Below are positions 29,213 through 39,595 of a stretch of 64,000 bases of DNA, piece after piece; the stretch's first letter is position 1, and every line of letters begins with the position of its first letter. The stretch is from an uncultured cyanobacterium. GTDB taxonomy: Bacteria > Cyanobacteriota > Cyanobacteriia > Cyanobacteriales > Nostocaceae. The stretch spans positions 1,568,001 to 1,632,000 of the forward strand of contig OY970166.1 in the NCBI GenBank assembly GCA_963706595.1. Reading direction: 5' to 3'. The notes below the pieces were generated by a model, which searched no databases, was not told where the DNA came from, and worked only from the letters and a program-made list of their open reading frames with translations. Position numbers and translations under genes: made by a program.

Positions 29213-29557
29213 ATGAGCCGACTGTTAATCAAAATTATAGGTTTAAGTCTACTTCTTGTAGGCATCTACTTTTTTGCTCAAAACATCATATTTGTCAGTA
29301 GTTACTATTCAATTTTTTACCGCCGAGTACCTGCAACAATCTCAGTTTTAGCCATCATGTCAGGAGTCTTTTCACTCTTGTTTTTCCGGCGGGAAACTGG
29401 AAACCTGGGATGGTTTTTTCTAGCTATTGGCTTAGTGCTAGTTTTCTTAAGCGGTGGCGTAATTTTTCGCTCAACCAGCTTGTGGAATTTATTAGTGGCT
29501 TTAGGCGCATTAGTATCTGGATATCAACTACTAAACACTGGTAAAGTCCGCTTTTGA
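29213..29557 (+). CDS. Hypothetical 4-TM membrane protein
   Basis: 114-aa hydrophobic ORF. Confidence 0.7.
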   Translation: MSRLLIKIIGLSLLLVGIYFFAQNIIFVSSYYSIFYRRVPATISVLAIMSGVFSLLFFRRETGNLGWFFLAIGLVLVFLSGGVIFRSTSLWNLLVALGALVSGYQLLNTGKVRF

Positions 29558-29710
29558 ACCATTGTTGCCGTTTTTGTCAAGTCCTTTGGGCATAACTGTC
29601 CTTAGTTTGTAATTTTGTGTCCAGGAGAGGACTGAAGTCCTGACTACGAACCTCTAAATTTGAGGCTAATATATAAAATGAAAAATATTGATTATGAGGA
29701 TACAGCAAGA

Positions 29711-29887
29711 ATGACCCAAGTCGTTCTAGGAGAAAACGAAAATATAGATTCAGCTTTGCGTCGGTTTAAACGCCAAGTCTCTAAAGCTGGTATATTAGCT
29801 GATGTCAAATTTCATCGGCACTTTGAAACACCTTTAGAAAAGCGCAAGCGTAAGCTAGTATTAGCTAGACGCAATCGACGTTTTTAA
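29711..29887 (+). CDS. rpsU: 30S ribosomal protein S21
   Basis: [31 protein letters not shown]...[12 protein letters not shown]. Confidence 0.95.
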   Translation: MTQVVLGENENIDSALRRFKRQVSKAGILADVKFHRHFETPLEKRKRKLVLARRNRRF

Positions 29888-29964
29888 TCAACCTATATTC
29901 TTATACAAAATGGTTTAACAAAAACCGCGAAATTCCCCATCCGTCTACAGGGTGGGGTACTTCA

Positions 29965-30591
29965 TCAAGGAAGCTCAATAGTGCGGCTATTACAACGATT
30001 CATCGCCTTTTCTACTCCCTGTTTGAAGCTTAATTCTACACACTCAACCACAAACTGAAGTAAGAGAGATATCAGTTGAGTTTCAGCCGCAGAAAATTTA
30101 CCTAAAACATGAGAAATAGATTCAGAATTATCGCTATCATTTGGTTTCCCAATGCCGATGCGTAAACGTGGGAAGTTTTGGGTGTTAAGATGTGAAATTG
30201 CACTCTTCATGCCATTGTGTCCCCCAGCCGAACCAGACAAGCGTAAACGAGTTTTACCCAAAGGTAAATCCATATCGTCATAAATCACCAGCACAGACTC
30301 TGGCGGCAATTTATACCAACTTGTCACCGCTTGCATTGACTGTCCAGAACGGTTCATATAAGTCAACGGCTTGAGTAAGCGGATTTTACCATTACCCGGC
30401 GCTATTCCCTCACCATACTCACCCTGAAACTTGCGATTTTCCCCCAAAGGAATACGCCAAGCACGAGAAAGTGCATCTATAGCAGCAAAGCCAATATTAT
30501 GGCGTGTTTGGTCATACTTAGGCTCTGGATTTCCCAACCCGACAATTAATTGCGGAATTACCAAAGATGGTTTCGTAACAGCTTCTGTCAT
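29965..30591 (-). CDS. pth: Peptidyl-tRNA hydrolase
   Basis: LIVGLGNP, TRHNIGF, KPLTYMNRSG, GGHNG, RLRIGIG. Confidence 0.95.
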   Translation of the reverse strand: MTEAVTKPSLVIPQLIVGLGNPEPKYDQTRHNIGFAAIDALSRAWRIPLGENRKFQGEYGEGIAPGNGKIRLLKPLTYMNRSGQSMQAVTSWYKLPPESVLVIYDDMDLPLGKTRLRLSGSAGGHNGMKSAISHLNTQNFPRLRIGIGKPNDSDNSESISHVLGKFSAAETQLISLLLQFVVECVELSFKQGVEKAMNRCNSRTIELP

Positions 30592-30654
30592 TTTACCTAA
30601 AATCAATTTCTTCGCAGCACCTCCCCCAACTCACAGGAGAAGAACCAGCACCTT

Positions 30655-30735
30655 TGTAGGGTGTGTTGTCGCGTAGCGCAACGCACCATTCCAGATTATA
30701 GATGCGTTAGGACTAAAGCCCATAACGCACCCTAC
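30655..30735. repeat. REP-like paired palindromic repeat
   Basis: GTAGGGTG...CACCCTAC ends; 30655-30687 is the exact reverse complement of 37213-37245. Confidence 0.75.
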
Positions 30736-30772
30736 CCAAATAAAAGGTTTGTGGACTTGTGTACACCGTAGC

Positions 30773-31045
30773 CTAAGTCATAGGGGAAGAACCAGCAGCT
30801 TCTTTTTCAGATTTAGCCGCTTCCAGATGCTTGGTTTCCAGTTCAGCAGAACTTTTCACAGCTTCTTCGATTTGTTCAGCTTCCCGTTTAAACTCGCTTT
30901 GAAATTCATTAGAAGCTTCTTGAAAACCGCGCACTGCTTTCCCGAAACTCCGACCAATTTCTGGTAGCTTCTTCGGACCGAAGATTAACAAAGCCACCAC
31001 CATAATTAGACCCATTTCCGGCAGACCGATACCAAATACATTCAT
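30773..31045 (-). CDS. tatA: Twin-arginine translocase TatA/E subunit
   Basis: MNVFGIGLPE...LLIFGPKKLPEIGRSFGKAVRGF. Confidence 0.9.
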   Translation of the reverse strand: MNVFGIGLPEMGLIMVVALLIFGPKKLPEIGRSFGKAVRGFQEASNEFQSEFKREAEQIEEAVKSSAELETKHLEAAKSEKEAAGSSPMT

Positions 31046-31248
31046 CCGGTTTTTCCTATAAATATACAATGCAATCAAGCTAGTACAGCACGGCATAAAT
31101 AAAGAAACCATTTAAAATCCCTCAAAAGCCTGTTTCATGAGTTTTTTGACTTTTGACTTTTGACTTTTGACTTCACGGCGGCACTAGGCTTTTCCCATCT
31201 ATACCATGCTGACTTATTTAAGGCTAACGTTTTTGGTATCAAACCCAT

Positions 31249-31271
31249 AAAAAAACCCGGACAAGCCGGGT
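31249..31271 (-). terminator. Intrinsic terminator of psbH
   Basis: ACCCGG-N5-CCGGGT stem followed by a U-tract on the minus strand. Confidence 0.75.
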
Positions 31272-31290
31272 ACAGGTTCGCTGTCTTTAA

Positions 31291-31494
31291 TTAGCCGCCT
31301 AAACTGCGCCAATCAACCATTACGTCCTGAATTAACAGAGACTTGTTGTAAACTTGCAGAATAATCAGCAAAAATACGAAAAATAGGAGCATAAAAACAC
31401 CCATTACAGGTGTAGTACCCCAACCCGGAGATACCTTACCGTACTCAGAGTTTAAAGGTTTCAGGATATCTCCTAACCTAGTTCGTTGTGCCAT
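31291..31494 (-). CDS. psbH: Photosystem II PsbH
   Basis: [22 protein letters not shown]. Confidence 0.97.
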   Translation of the reverse strand: MAQRTRLGDILKPLNSEYGKVSPGWGTTPVMGVFMLLFFVFLLIILQVYNKSLLIQDVMVDWRSLGG

Positions 31495-31721
31495 AGTTCC
31501 CCTAAGATTCAGTTACCAAAGCTTTTTTTCATCTTCTGGTAATATTCTACTATCATGGAGCGCCTGCCTGATAAATTGCGTCAAGCAAAATAAATTGAGT
31601 CAGTGCCAGCGAAACAAATGTTATAATAATCAAGCCAAAGCACGTAATTGTGCTAATAGGCGCAAAACCTCAAATAATAACACTCATAATTAATCGCAAA
31701 TTTATGGAACAACTTATGGCG

Positions 31722-31853
31722 ATGGAACCCGCAACCATGATTAGTATTTCCGTTGGCATTGCCTTAGTTGCTGTCACTGGTTTTGCCATCTATATGTCCT
31801 TCGGTCCTCCTAGCAAGCAATTGGCAGACCCTTTTGAAGACCACGAAGACTAG
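31722..31853 (+). CDS. psbN: PsbN
   Basis: MEPAT...SFGPPSKQLADPFEDHED; divergent from psbH. Confidence 0.95.
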   Translation: MEPATMISISVGIALVAVTGFAIYMSFGPPSKQLADPFEDHED

Positions 31854-31886
31854 CTCTCTATTCTAACTCTGATGAAAGAAAGAACA

Positions 31887-31990
31887 GTAGGTTGGGTAGA
31901 GGCTTTGCGTAGGCGTAGCCTTCTCGTAGAGTAACCCAACTAAACCAGGGATTCTTGGTGTTGGGTTTCACTTTGTTCAACCCAACCTAC
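31887..31990. repeat. REP/MITE-like element with GTAGGTTGGGT...ACCCAACCTAC ends
   Basis: 11-bp perfect terminal inverted repeat with internal hairpins. Confidence 0.7.
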
Positions 31991-31992
31991 GT

Positions 31993-34900
31993 CTAGTTTC
32001 TAGGAACAGTTGACAAGCTGTTCACTTGGAAAGTAGCAATTTTTTTAGGCTGTATTGTTAAGTTTTGTTGCTCAGATGAGTTGAATTCCAACAAATCTGC
32101 TTCATTCCCTAGATACAGTCCTAAATTATTCTGTAAAGATAACTCGGCTATTTCTCCGTGACATTCGTAAAAGCGCAGGATAAATTGCTGGGGGTTATCT
32201 TCAGAGGGTTTGAAAGCCATTAAAATTAAATTTTTAGCTGTTAAATTCAGAAAACTTACCCCTGCGGAACTGCTGAATTTTGGGGGGTGCGTTCCTGGCT
32301 GGGTAGTCAGAGGATTAATAATTACTTGTAAGGGAATATTCAACTCATAGCCACGCTTGACTGTATTGGCTTCTTCCCAGCTACCTACGTGGGGATATAA
32401 GGCGTAGGTAAATTCATGGAAGCCTCTATCTGTTTCTGGGTCAGGCCAGTTAGGACTGCGTAATAATGTGAGGCGTAATTGATTCGATTTACTATCATAA
32501 CCATATTTACAATCATTGAGTAAACTCACACCGTAAATATTATCTGCTTCTGTTTCTCCGGTTAAATCAGCCCAACGCAAGGCGGGAACTTCCCATTTAG
32601 CTTGTGCTGCTGGTGTTTGGGGTTTAGTTGGGCGACGAATTGCACCGCAAGGAATTTCATAAGTTGCAAAATCTGCTTCCACATTTAAAGGAAACGCCGC
32701 TTTCACCATGACCTGATTTTCTTGCCAATTTACAGTGGAGGCAATTTTCAAGATTGGTGAACCTGCTTGTAGAATATAATCTTGGCAAAATTCCGATTCA
32801 CCTAATTGACGCACTACCCGAACACGATTTTGGACTAAGCCTTGTTCTAGCCATTGGATAGATTTTAGCTTTGTGGGTGGTAACGGATGTTGGGCATAAT
32901 TAGGATCAATATTCCACGCATCCCAATATTGTCCACTATCTTGGAAGGCTTGGAGTTGATTACCCGCACCAGTTAGCACTTCCCGTTGTTGGGTTTTGTC
33001 AAATACACTAGATAAGTCTCCGGTGTCAGCATTGACTGTAACCCGCAGGAATTCATTTTTTAAAATCCAGTCTGGGGAAATGGGAAGTTGGGGAGTGGGA
33101 GAACTGGGGGAAATCCAAAATATACGATAGCCTACGGGTGGAATTTCCGCAGCGAGAAATACCAGTTGAGATGATTGCGATAGTTGAGAGATAATTGGCT
33201 GTCCGGAAATATCCTGGATTTGCCAATGTGGGTGAGATGAGGGTAATGTGACAGATACGATCTCAGAACGCTGCCAATTGAGAGGATTGAAAATAAATAT
33301 TGGTTGGGCTTCAGGATGGGGCGGTGGTGGTAAAATGGCTTGGGATGCGATCGCCAACAAAGACTCTTGTAAAATTTGCGTTCCCACTTGTTCCACTTGC
33401 TGCCATTCTGGGAGTGCATCCTGATAAACTTGGGTAATGGAAGAACCGGGTAAAATATCGTGAAACTGGTTAAATAAGACTTTTTTCCAAGCGGTTTCAA
33501 TTTCGGCTTGGGGATATATCGCCCCACAGCTAACAGTGGCTAAAGTGGCAAATAATTCAACTTGATATAATAAATCTTCACAACGTCGATTCCAGCGTTT
33601 TTGGTCGGCGTGGGTAGTATAGCAACCGCGATGAAATTCTAAATATAGTTCATCATTCCAGGTGGGAAGAGACCTCTCCCCCAACCCCTCTCCTACAAGG
33701 AGAGGGGAGATATTTATATTTTCATTTTCCCCAATTCCCTCTCCTACAATTCGAGGTGAGATATTTTCCCCCATTCCCTCATAGGGAAGGGGGGCTAGGG
33801 GGGTTAGGTCTGCTTTAATTTGCTGTAAATACTTTTCTGCGGTGGTAAATTCCATCTCTGGGAAAACGCTCGAATTTTGCCAGCGTCGGGCAGTTTCTAA
33901 CATATCACGAGTGGGACCGCCGCCGTGGTCGCCGACACCGGGAAGCCAGAGAGAATCTTTTAAACCGGTTTTGCTTTGCCATTCACAGGCGTATTCTGCC
34001 ATTTTTACCGGGTCAATACCTTGACCGATAAGTGCAGACATCACACTAAAAATTTCACTGCCATCAGGCGATCGCCACCAAAAAGCGTCATACTCAAACT
34101 GAGTAGTATCATTCCAGCGCAACTTCTGAGTCACAAAAAACTCAATCCCAGCATTCACAAAAAACTGGGGTAAAGTCGCACAAAAACCAAAAGTATCAGG
34201 TAGCCAAGCCACAGCAGAAACCTTACCAAACTTTTCCTTTAGATAACGCTGACCATATAATAACTGACGCACAATCGACTCACCAGAAATCAAATTCAAT
34301 TCCGGTTCCACCCACAAACCGCCCACAACCTCCCAAACCCCAGCCGCTACCTGTGCTTGAATTTTCGCAAACAAATCCGGGCGATGTTCCTCAACCCAAG
34401 CATAAAGCGCCGGAGTAGAATGACAAAAAATCAACTCAGGAAAATCAGCCTGTAACTTCAACACCGACTCAAAAGTATTTTGCGCCGCCTTCCAAGTATC
34501 ACTCACAGGCCAAAGCCATGCTAAATCCAAATGAGCATGACCCAATAAATATATCTTAGGATTTAAAACGCCGATGAACGCCGATAAACGCTGATAAAGT
34601 TCGCGCAACCCTCTTCCCTCTTCCTTGGCGTTCTTGGCGACTTGGCGGTTCGTTACTCCCCCCAAACCCTCAGCCAAATCACCCAACCTATCCGGTGCAA
34701 ACCGAGTTAAAAAAACCTGTAACACAGCCAACTCATCAGCCAAAAAGCCCGGATCAGGATTATGATCATCATAAGACTCAAAAACAAGGAGCGATCGCAC
34801 CAAAGCACCAAAATCATGACCAGGACTCACCAAACGCAAAGCCACAACAAACTCCTCACCAGGAGTCACCCCTTGACTAAGCAGCACTCTTGGCGAACAA

Positions 34901-35262
34901 TCAAATAAATCTCCCTCCAGCACCAACTCCCCATTCACGTAAATCTCAGCCAAATCTGCCCACCAAAGCAACGACAGGCGCAAAGACAAACCAGCCAAAG
35001 GATACCCCTGTAAATTTTGGGGAACCACAAATCTTTGCACCAACCAAAGCACCTTTCTGCCCCCTGTCCAAGCAATATGTTCCTTAGCATTGAGTTGGAC
35101 AAGATGCCAATCAGACAAATCAGATGTGGAAATATCAGTAATATCCCCGTCAAATTCCTGGTATAGCCAACTAGATTTCACATTAACTTGACAAAAAGAA
35201 CGCAGTTGGTCAATAGTTGCCGAGATAAATTGAGAATGTGATTGCGATATGGGCAGAGTCAT
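31993..35262 (-). CDS. Alpha-mannosidase (GH38)
   Basis: GHAHLDLAWLWP, WLPDTFG, GVGDHGGGP, ELYLEFHRGCYT, QFHDILPGSSI; start codon uncertain. Confidence 0.92.
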   Translation of the reverse strand: MTLPISQSHSQFISATIDQLRSFCQVNVKSSWLYQEFDGDITDISTSDLSDWHLVQLNAKEHIAWTGGRKVLWLVQRFVVPQNLQGYPLAGLSLRLSLLWWADLAEIYVNGELVLEGDLFDCSPRVLLSQGVTPGEEFVVALRLVSPGHDFGALVRSLLVFESYDDHNPDPGFLADELAVLQVFLTRFAPDRLGDLAEGLGGVTNRQVAKNAKEEGRGLRELYQRLSAFIGVLNPKIYLLGHAHLDLAWLWPVSDTWKAAQNTFESVLKLQADFPELIFCHSTPALYAWVEEHRPDLFAKIQAQVAAGVWEVVGGLWVEPELNLISGESIVRQLLYGQRYLKEKFGKVSAVAWLPDTFGFCATLPQFFVNAGIEFFVTQKLRWNDTTQFEYDAFWWRSPDGSEIFSVMSALIGQGIDPVKMAEYACEWQSKTGLKDSLWLPGVGDHGGGPTRDMLETARRWQNSSVFPEMEFTTAEKYLQQIKADLTPLAPLPYEGMGENISPRIVGEGIGENENINISPLLVGEGLGERSLPTWNDELYLEFHRGCYTTHADQKRWNRRCEDLLYQVELFATLATVSCGAIYPQAEIETAWKKVLFNQFHDILPGSSITQVYQDALPEWQQVEQVGTQILQESLLAIASQAILPPPPHPEAQPIFIFNPLNWQRSEIVSVTLPSSHPHWQIQDISGQPIISQLSQSSQLVFLAAEIPPVGYRIFWISPSSPTPQLPISPDWILKNEFLRVTVNADTGDLSSVFDKTQQREVLTGAGNQLQAFQDSGQYWDAWNIDPNYAQHPLPPTKLKSIQWLEQGLVQNRVRVVRQLGESEFCQDYILQAGSPILKIASTVNWQENQVMVKAAFPLNVEADFATYEIPCGAIRRPTKPQTPAAQAKWEVPALRWADLTGETEADNIYGVSLLNDCKYGYDSKSNQLRLTLLRSPNWPDPETDRGFHEFTYALYPHVGSWEEANTVKRGYELNIPLQVIINPLTTQPGTHPPKFSSSAGVSFLNLTAKNLILMAFKPSEDNPQQFILRFYECHGEIAELSLQNNLGLYLGNEADLLEFNSSEQQNLTIQPKKIATFQVNSLSTVPRN

Positions 35263-35317
35263 ATTTTCGTTAAAATTATGGTTGGGCGGGAGTCTTAACA
35301 ACTAACAAATCACCATC

Positions 35318-36748
35318 ATGTCTCCTGTTTCCTCTGGCCGTTATCAAAGCAGACTACTGAACTTTGTCCACCTGCAATCTCGGCGGTTGACACAACAGTG
35401 GGATCACACCTACCGGCATTTGCAAGTTGCAACCAAGTGGGGTGTAGAATTATTACTTTACCCCGTATATCTATTATTAAATCCTACAGAATCAGCCGGT
35501 AGAACTCTAGAGGGGAAAGAACCACAACCCAGGTTAAAGTTACAACCCGAAACTCCCCCCACGGCTGATACCCCAATTCAACAAGTCTTAGAAGCAGTTA
35601 AAAGTTTACCCTCCGAGTCAGACATTGCGGAACCCCCGAAAACATCTGCCCCTTGGAAGTTTGTGGGCTTTTTGTCGTCAAAACTGTTTCGTCGTCATCC
35701 CCCGACAAAACCCTTAATTTCTGAAAATTCGCCAGAAAATATCCAGCCCTATTTGCCAGTCATGCGCGGAATTGCCACAAATTTGGTCAGCCGCAACTTG
35801 GTACTTGTCACCGCCGACAACGAAATCTTGGATATTTTGACACCCCAACAACAGGCAAAATTAGCAGACAGGATTATTTGTGCAGTTGGTAATTACTGGC
35901 ATTCTTGGCAATTAGCGGCAAATAAACCACAGAGTCAAATACTACCAAAAATTGAGCGCATTTTCACAAAAATAACTGGACAAATTTCAGTTAATATGCT
36001 CTCACTGCCTGAAGGCACAGAAAAAGATTTACTTAATACTAATAAATTAATCGCCTTCTTGGACGCATCTATTGCCAACTGGGAAAGCAAAGGTTTATTA
36101 CCAGTACAACAGCGCAGTCAAGAAATTATCCGACTTGCCCAAACTCAGCTAAATATATTTGTTTATGGTAGAGAACAAGTAGCTGCTAGAGGTAATATGT
36201 CAGTTAATGCTGATAGTCTAGAAACTCAGATATTGAATATTCCGGCTTTAATTGCAGATGCAATTAATTACTTTTTCGGTGTTAGTAAAGATCAAAAAAT
36301 TGCTCAGGGACATAGTGATGGAGAATCACAATCTAGCCTACCCCATGATCGCCGCTTCCAGAATGAGGTTTTAGCAAAGGATTCTTGGTTGAATTTCAGT
36401 GATTTATTTGGTAACTCCCAGATTTCATCGGCAAACCGCAGTGAAAGTAAACCCAAAGCCAAATCTGGTTGGTTGCAAAAGTCAAAATCTAGCCCCCAAC
36501 TCGCCCCGACTGCCAAAAAATTGGGAAAACTCTCTGAAAACCTGAATTCCCAAGCTATAACTAAGAATCGCCACCGTAGCCAAGTGGAAGCCCAGCCAGA
36601 CTGGATAGACGTTGAAGCAACTTTTGTCGGATATGATAAACATCCTTTAGAACAACTTCTAGAGTGGCTTGATCATGCTATACTCTGGCTTGAAGAAATA
36701 ATTGTGAAAGTTTATCAGTTTTTCCAAAGGTTATGGCGCGGTAAGTGA
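35318..36748 (+). CDS. Conserved cyanobacterial hypothetical protein
   Basis: 476-aa ORF; GRYQSRLLNF N-terminus, KHPLEQLLEWLD..LWLEE C-terminus. Confidence 0.75.
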   Translation: MSPVSSGRYQSRLLNFVHLQSRRLTQQWDHTYRHLQVATKWGVELLLYPVYLLLNPTESAGRTLEGKEPQPRLKLQPETPPTADTPIQQVLEAVKSLPSESDIAEPPKTSAPWKFVGFLSSKLFRRHPPTKPLISENSPENIQPYLPVMRGIATNLVSRNLVLVTADNEILDILTPQQQAKLADRIICAVGNYWHSWQLAANKPQSQILPKIERIFTKITGQISVNMLSLPEGTEKDLLNTNKLIAFLDASIANWESKGLLPVQQRSQEIIRLAQTQLNIFVYGREQVAARGNMSVNADSLETQILNIPALIADAINYFFGVSKDQKIAQGHSDGESQSSLPHDRRFQNEVLAKDSWLNFSDLFGNSQISSANRSESKPKAKSGWLQKSKSSPQLAPTAKKLGKLSENLNSQAITKNRHRSQVEAQPDWIDVEATFVGYDKHPLEQLLEWLDHAILWLEEIIVKVYQFFQRLWRGK

Positions 36749-36874
36749 GATTAAACTGACAAAGATTTAATTTGTTGCCACAAATCGGCATGATAGTTAC
36801 TATAATTAATTCTTATGTTTCAAACTTGGATGTTTGAAGTGAATTTTTTTTAGTACTATTGGTGGTTTTTTTCC

Positions 36875-37171
36875 GTGAAAATTATTGTCTACTGTAAATA
36901 CTTCAATTTTAAAAATCCACTAGATAAACCGAAACAGGAAACATTTGTGGTGAATTTACCGCAAATTCCCAAGATTGGAGAAACAATTGTACTTGAAAGA
37001 ATTTCCCCCCAGAAAGAGTTTGTGATAATTTTTGAGTACATTGTCACAGCCGTGCAGTTTAATGCTTCGAGGGAATTGAATGATGCGGCTGATGCTCAAA
37101 TTAGTGCATCTTTGAACCACTGTTGGGAAGGGACATCAAATTTTAAAGTGGATAACTTTTTGGAAAAATAA
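36875..37171 (+). CDS. Hypothetical protein
   Basis: 98-aa ORF with GTG start and no recognisable motif. Confidence 0.5.
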   Translation: MKIIVYCKYFNFKNPLDKPKQETFVVNLPQIPKIGETIVLERISPQKEFVIIFEYIVTAVQFNASRELNDAADAQISASLNHCWEGTSNFKVDNFLEK

Positions 37172-37418
37172 TAGCAGTAAGTAAGTGAGCGAAGGAAGCT
37201 TGAATTGTTGACGGTGCGTTGCGCTACGCGACAACACACCCTACATTAAAATTTCTTAACATATCTGGAAATATTAGTGCTGGCTTACTTTCCTTCTTCC
37301 TTCTTCCTTCGTGGTTCGTTCCTCTTACATAAAGAAGACGCGATAAATCGCGTCTCTACAAGTATCGTTCAATTAATTAACCACAGATAAACACAGATAT
37401 AAGCTGGAATTTTTGCTA

Positions 37419-38444
37419 TTACCACAAAATATGATTGAGAAAATGACGAAAAAGCTTGAGTCCTTGTGGTTCTTGATAATTACTTGGTAAAAGATTCAGC
37501 ATGGCGTTTTTTAATATCTCCAAAGCTGTATCTACTTCCTGGCGCTTGATTCTCGAAGTTTGAGCAAAATATAATGGTTCCCCAAAGCGCACAGTTAACT
37601 CTTTGCCTAAATAAAGGTCATGAGTGCCAATGAGTACCACTGGTATTATCGGTACACCAGCCCGCAAAGCATAAATTACAGTTCCTCGTTTCAAGGGGAG
37701 ATGTAATTGACCTTCAGTGCTTCCTAAACGTCCTTCGGGAAATACTACGAGTCCGTCACCCTGAGACAAAATTCCCTGTACGATGCGGTCGATTTGGCGC
37801 AGCGTCTGTATATCTCCCCCTGTGCGGACATTCTCCTCAATTGCTTTGGCTAGTTCCTGGAGGTCTTGTCTTCCAGCTTTAGCCGCTTCCATCACCGCTA
37901 CTTCTTCTTTCCATATCCGTTCTAAAGGTATTACACCTCCGACTAAACGCAGGATAAAACGTTTCCACACCTTGTTATAAAGAGTACGAGCATCACCTAG
38001 AACGTAGTAGTGGGGATGGGTGGGGAGTTCGCCCAGCAGCAGCAAGGGGTCGATATGGTGGAGATGGTTAGCAGCGAGGATGGCTGGTGTTTGAGGTATC
38101 CTGTCCAGGTTTTCGATTCGTACCCGAAACAGAGTATGGATGAGCGATCGCAACACAAAACGACGTACCATAGCATGGACTCTGGTTTCTCTATGTCCCT
38201 GAGCCATAGCTTCCAGACAATGCAGAATTTCTTCTATTGTATGACGAACAGTGCGATCGCTCGCCGCCGCCACACCCTCTTCTACTCGCCCAATGGTTGT
38301 CGGAGTTAAAGCGGCTGTTTTCTCATCGGGATGAATTGGGGAAGTTACCTCATCAGCTCGGTCTTCGGGAAAAGATTCGTTAGAAGAACTTTTGATAAAA
38401 CCCTCTTTGAATTCATGAATATATGATAATTGTTCATGGCACAA
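37419..38444 (-). CDS. Lysophospholipid/1-acyl-glycerol-3-phosphate acyltransferase family protein
   Basis: NHLHHID (HX4D) and FPEGR motifs; start uncertain. Confidence 0.85.
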   Translation of the reverse strand: MCHEQLSYIHEFKEGFIKSSSNESFPEDRADEVTSPIHPDEKTAALTPTTIGRVEEGVAAASDRTVRHTIEEILHCLEAMAQGHRETRVHAMVRRFVLRSLIHTLFRVRIENLDRIPQTPAILAANHLHHIDPLLLLGELPTHPHYYVLGDARTLYNKVWKRFILRLVGGVIPLERIWKEEVAVMEAAKAGRQDLQELAKAIEENVRTGGDIQTLRQIDRIVQGILSQGDGLVVFPEGRLGSTEGQLHLPLKRGTVIYALRAGVPIIPVVLIGTHDLYLGKELTVRFGEPLYFAQTSRIKRQEVDTALEILKNAMLNLLPSNYQEPQGLKLFRHFLNHILW

Positions 38445-38588
38445 TCAAGGACTAACCGCCAGTTAGAAGGTTTTAAGCATCAATTACTCGTATCATCTGC
38501 GACAGAGTTAGAGTTAGAGTTAGAGTTAGAACGATAATTACAAGATTGTATTTTAATTAGAGTAGTGTATGAGTAAGGATTACAAAAA

Positions 38589-38933
38589 GTGCAAGTTCTA
38601 AAAAGAGCCATCAAACCACAACCCTATATATCGTTCCTCCACATCTACCCAACGACGTGGGGGACTGCTGGTGATATTTGTTTAGTCCGTAAATCTGTAG
38701 CTGATGAGAGTGTATCCAAGTTCGTAGGTTACAAACTCCAGCTAGTGATTCCCAAAGGGATGGAACGCAATCAATTGGCGGGTGTTCCCGTCATCAAAGT
38801 TGCAGGTCATGTCGGTGATGGACATCCTAAAGACCAGCATTCGGAATGGGAGGCTTATGAAGGTATAGATAGAGAACTAGCACTTGCGGCTATGAAACCT
38901 TGGGGCTTCAAGTTAATTGAGTTGACGAATTAA
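38589..38933 (+). CDS. Conserved hypothetical protein
   Basis: 114-aa ORF with a plausible composition (TTWGTAGDICL, GHVGDGHPKD). Confidence 0.65.
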   Translation: MQVLKRAIKPQPYISFLHIYPTTWGTAGDICLVRKSVADESVSKFVGYKLQLVIPKGMERNQLAGVPVIKVAGHVGDGHPKDQHSEWEAYEGIDRELALAAMKPWGFKLIELTN

Positions 38934-39039
38934 CCCCCAATCACCAGAAAATTCAGGTTTTTAACCCGCCTGCGCGGGTTTTGCCTGTATTGCCTAATGA
39001 CCTGCGTTTGGTGTAGAACACAGCATATCTGATTTCATC

Positions 39040-39218
39040 TAAGAGGATGTTTTAAAAGTTTTGGGCGAATATAATTCGCTACTACACAGGCAAAGTCCAC
39101 CTACGTGGACTAATGAAGAATTAAGGTTTTTAACCCACGCAGGTGGGTTTCGTCTGTGTAGCCGCGACTTCTAGTCGCCAGGGTTAGTAATAAATTAGAC
39201 TTTTGAAACAACCTCTAA
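39040..39218 (+). mobile_element. MITE of about 180 bp, copy 1
   Basis: TIR agaggatgttttaaaagt...acttttgaaacaacctct; internal hairpins; inverted near-copy at 53760-53940. Confidence 0.8.
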
Positions 39219-39239
39219 ATCATGTACATAAGATTGGCA

Positions 39240-39563
39240 TTACGAATTATTAGAAAAATAAGTTGCTGATGTTTGAGCATTTTTTGCAACCACAACAGGT
39301 TCTCCCTTGACTGCGCCATGAGTCAGAGTACAAATCTTATAGAGGGTTTCACAGTCAAATATTGCCAAAACTAGCTCTTTACCAGTTAGATATGAGGATG
39401 GTAACGGTTTACCTACCTCACATTTCACATTCATGCCATTATCCAGCCAGTGTAACTGCCAAATCCGCTTTTGGGTGATTGGTGCTTGGGCAAATTTAGC
39501 AATAGCACTATAAACATCTTCGGCTCTAGTATGGTCATTGGCGGCGGGAATAAAAAATTTCAT
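39240..39563 (-). CDS. Hypothetical protein
   Basis: 107-aa ORF downstream of the SDR gene. Confidence 0.65.
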   Translation of the reverse strand: MKFFIPAANDHTRAEDVYSAIAKFAQAPITQKRIWQLHWLDNGMNVKCEVGKPLPSSYLTGKELVLAIFDCETLYKICTLTHGAVKGEPVVVAKNAQTSATYFSNNS

Positions 39564-39595
39564 CGGCTTTGGTTTTTAGTATTAATTAATCTCAG

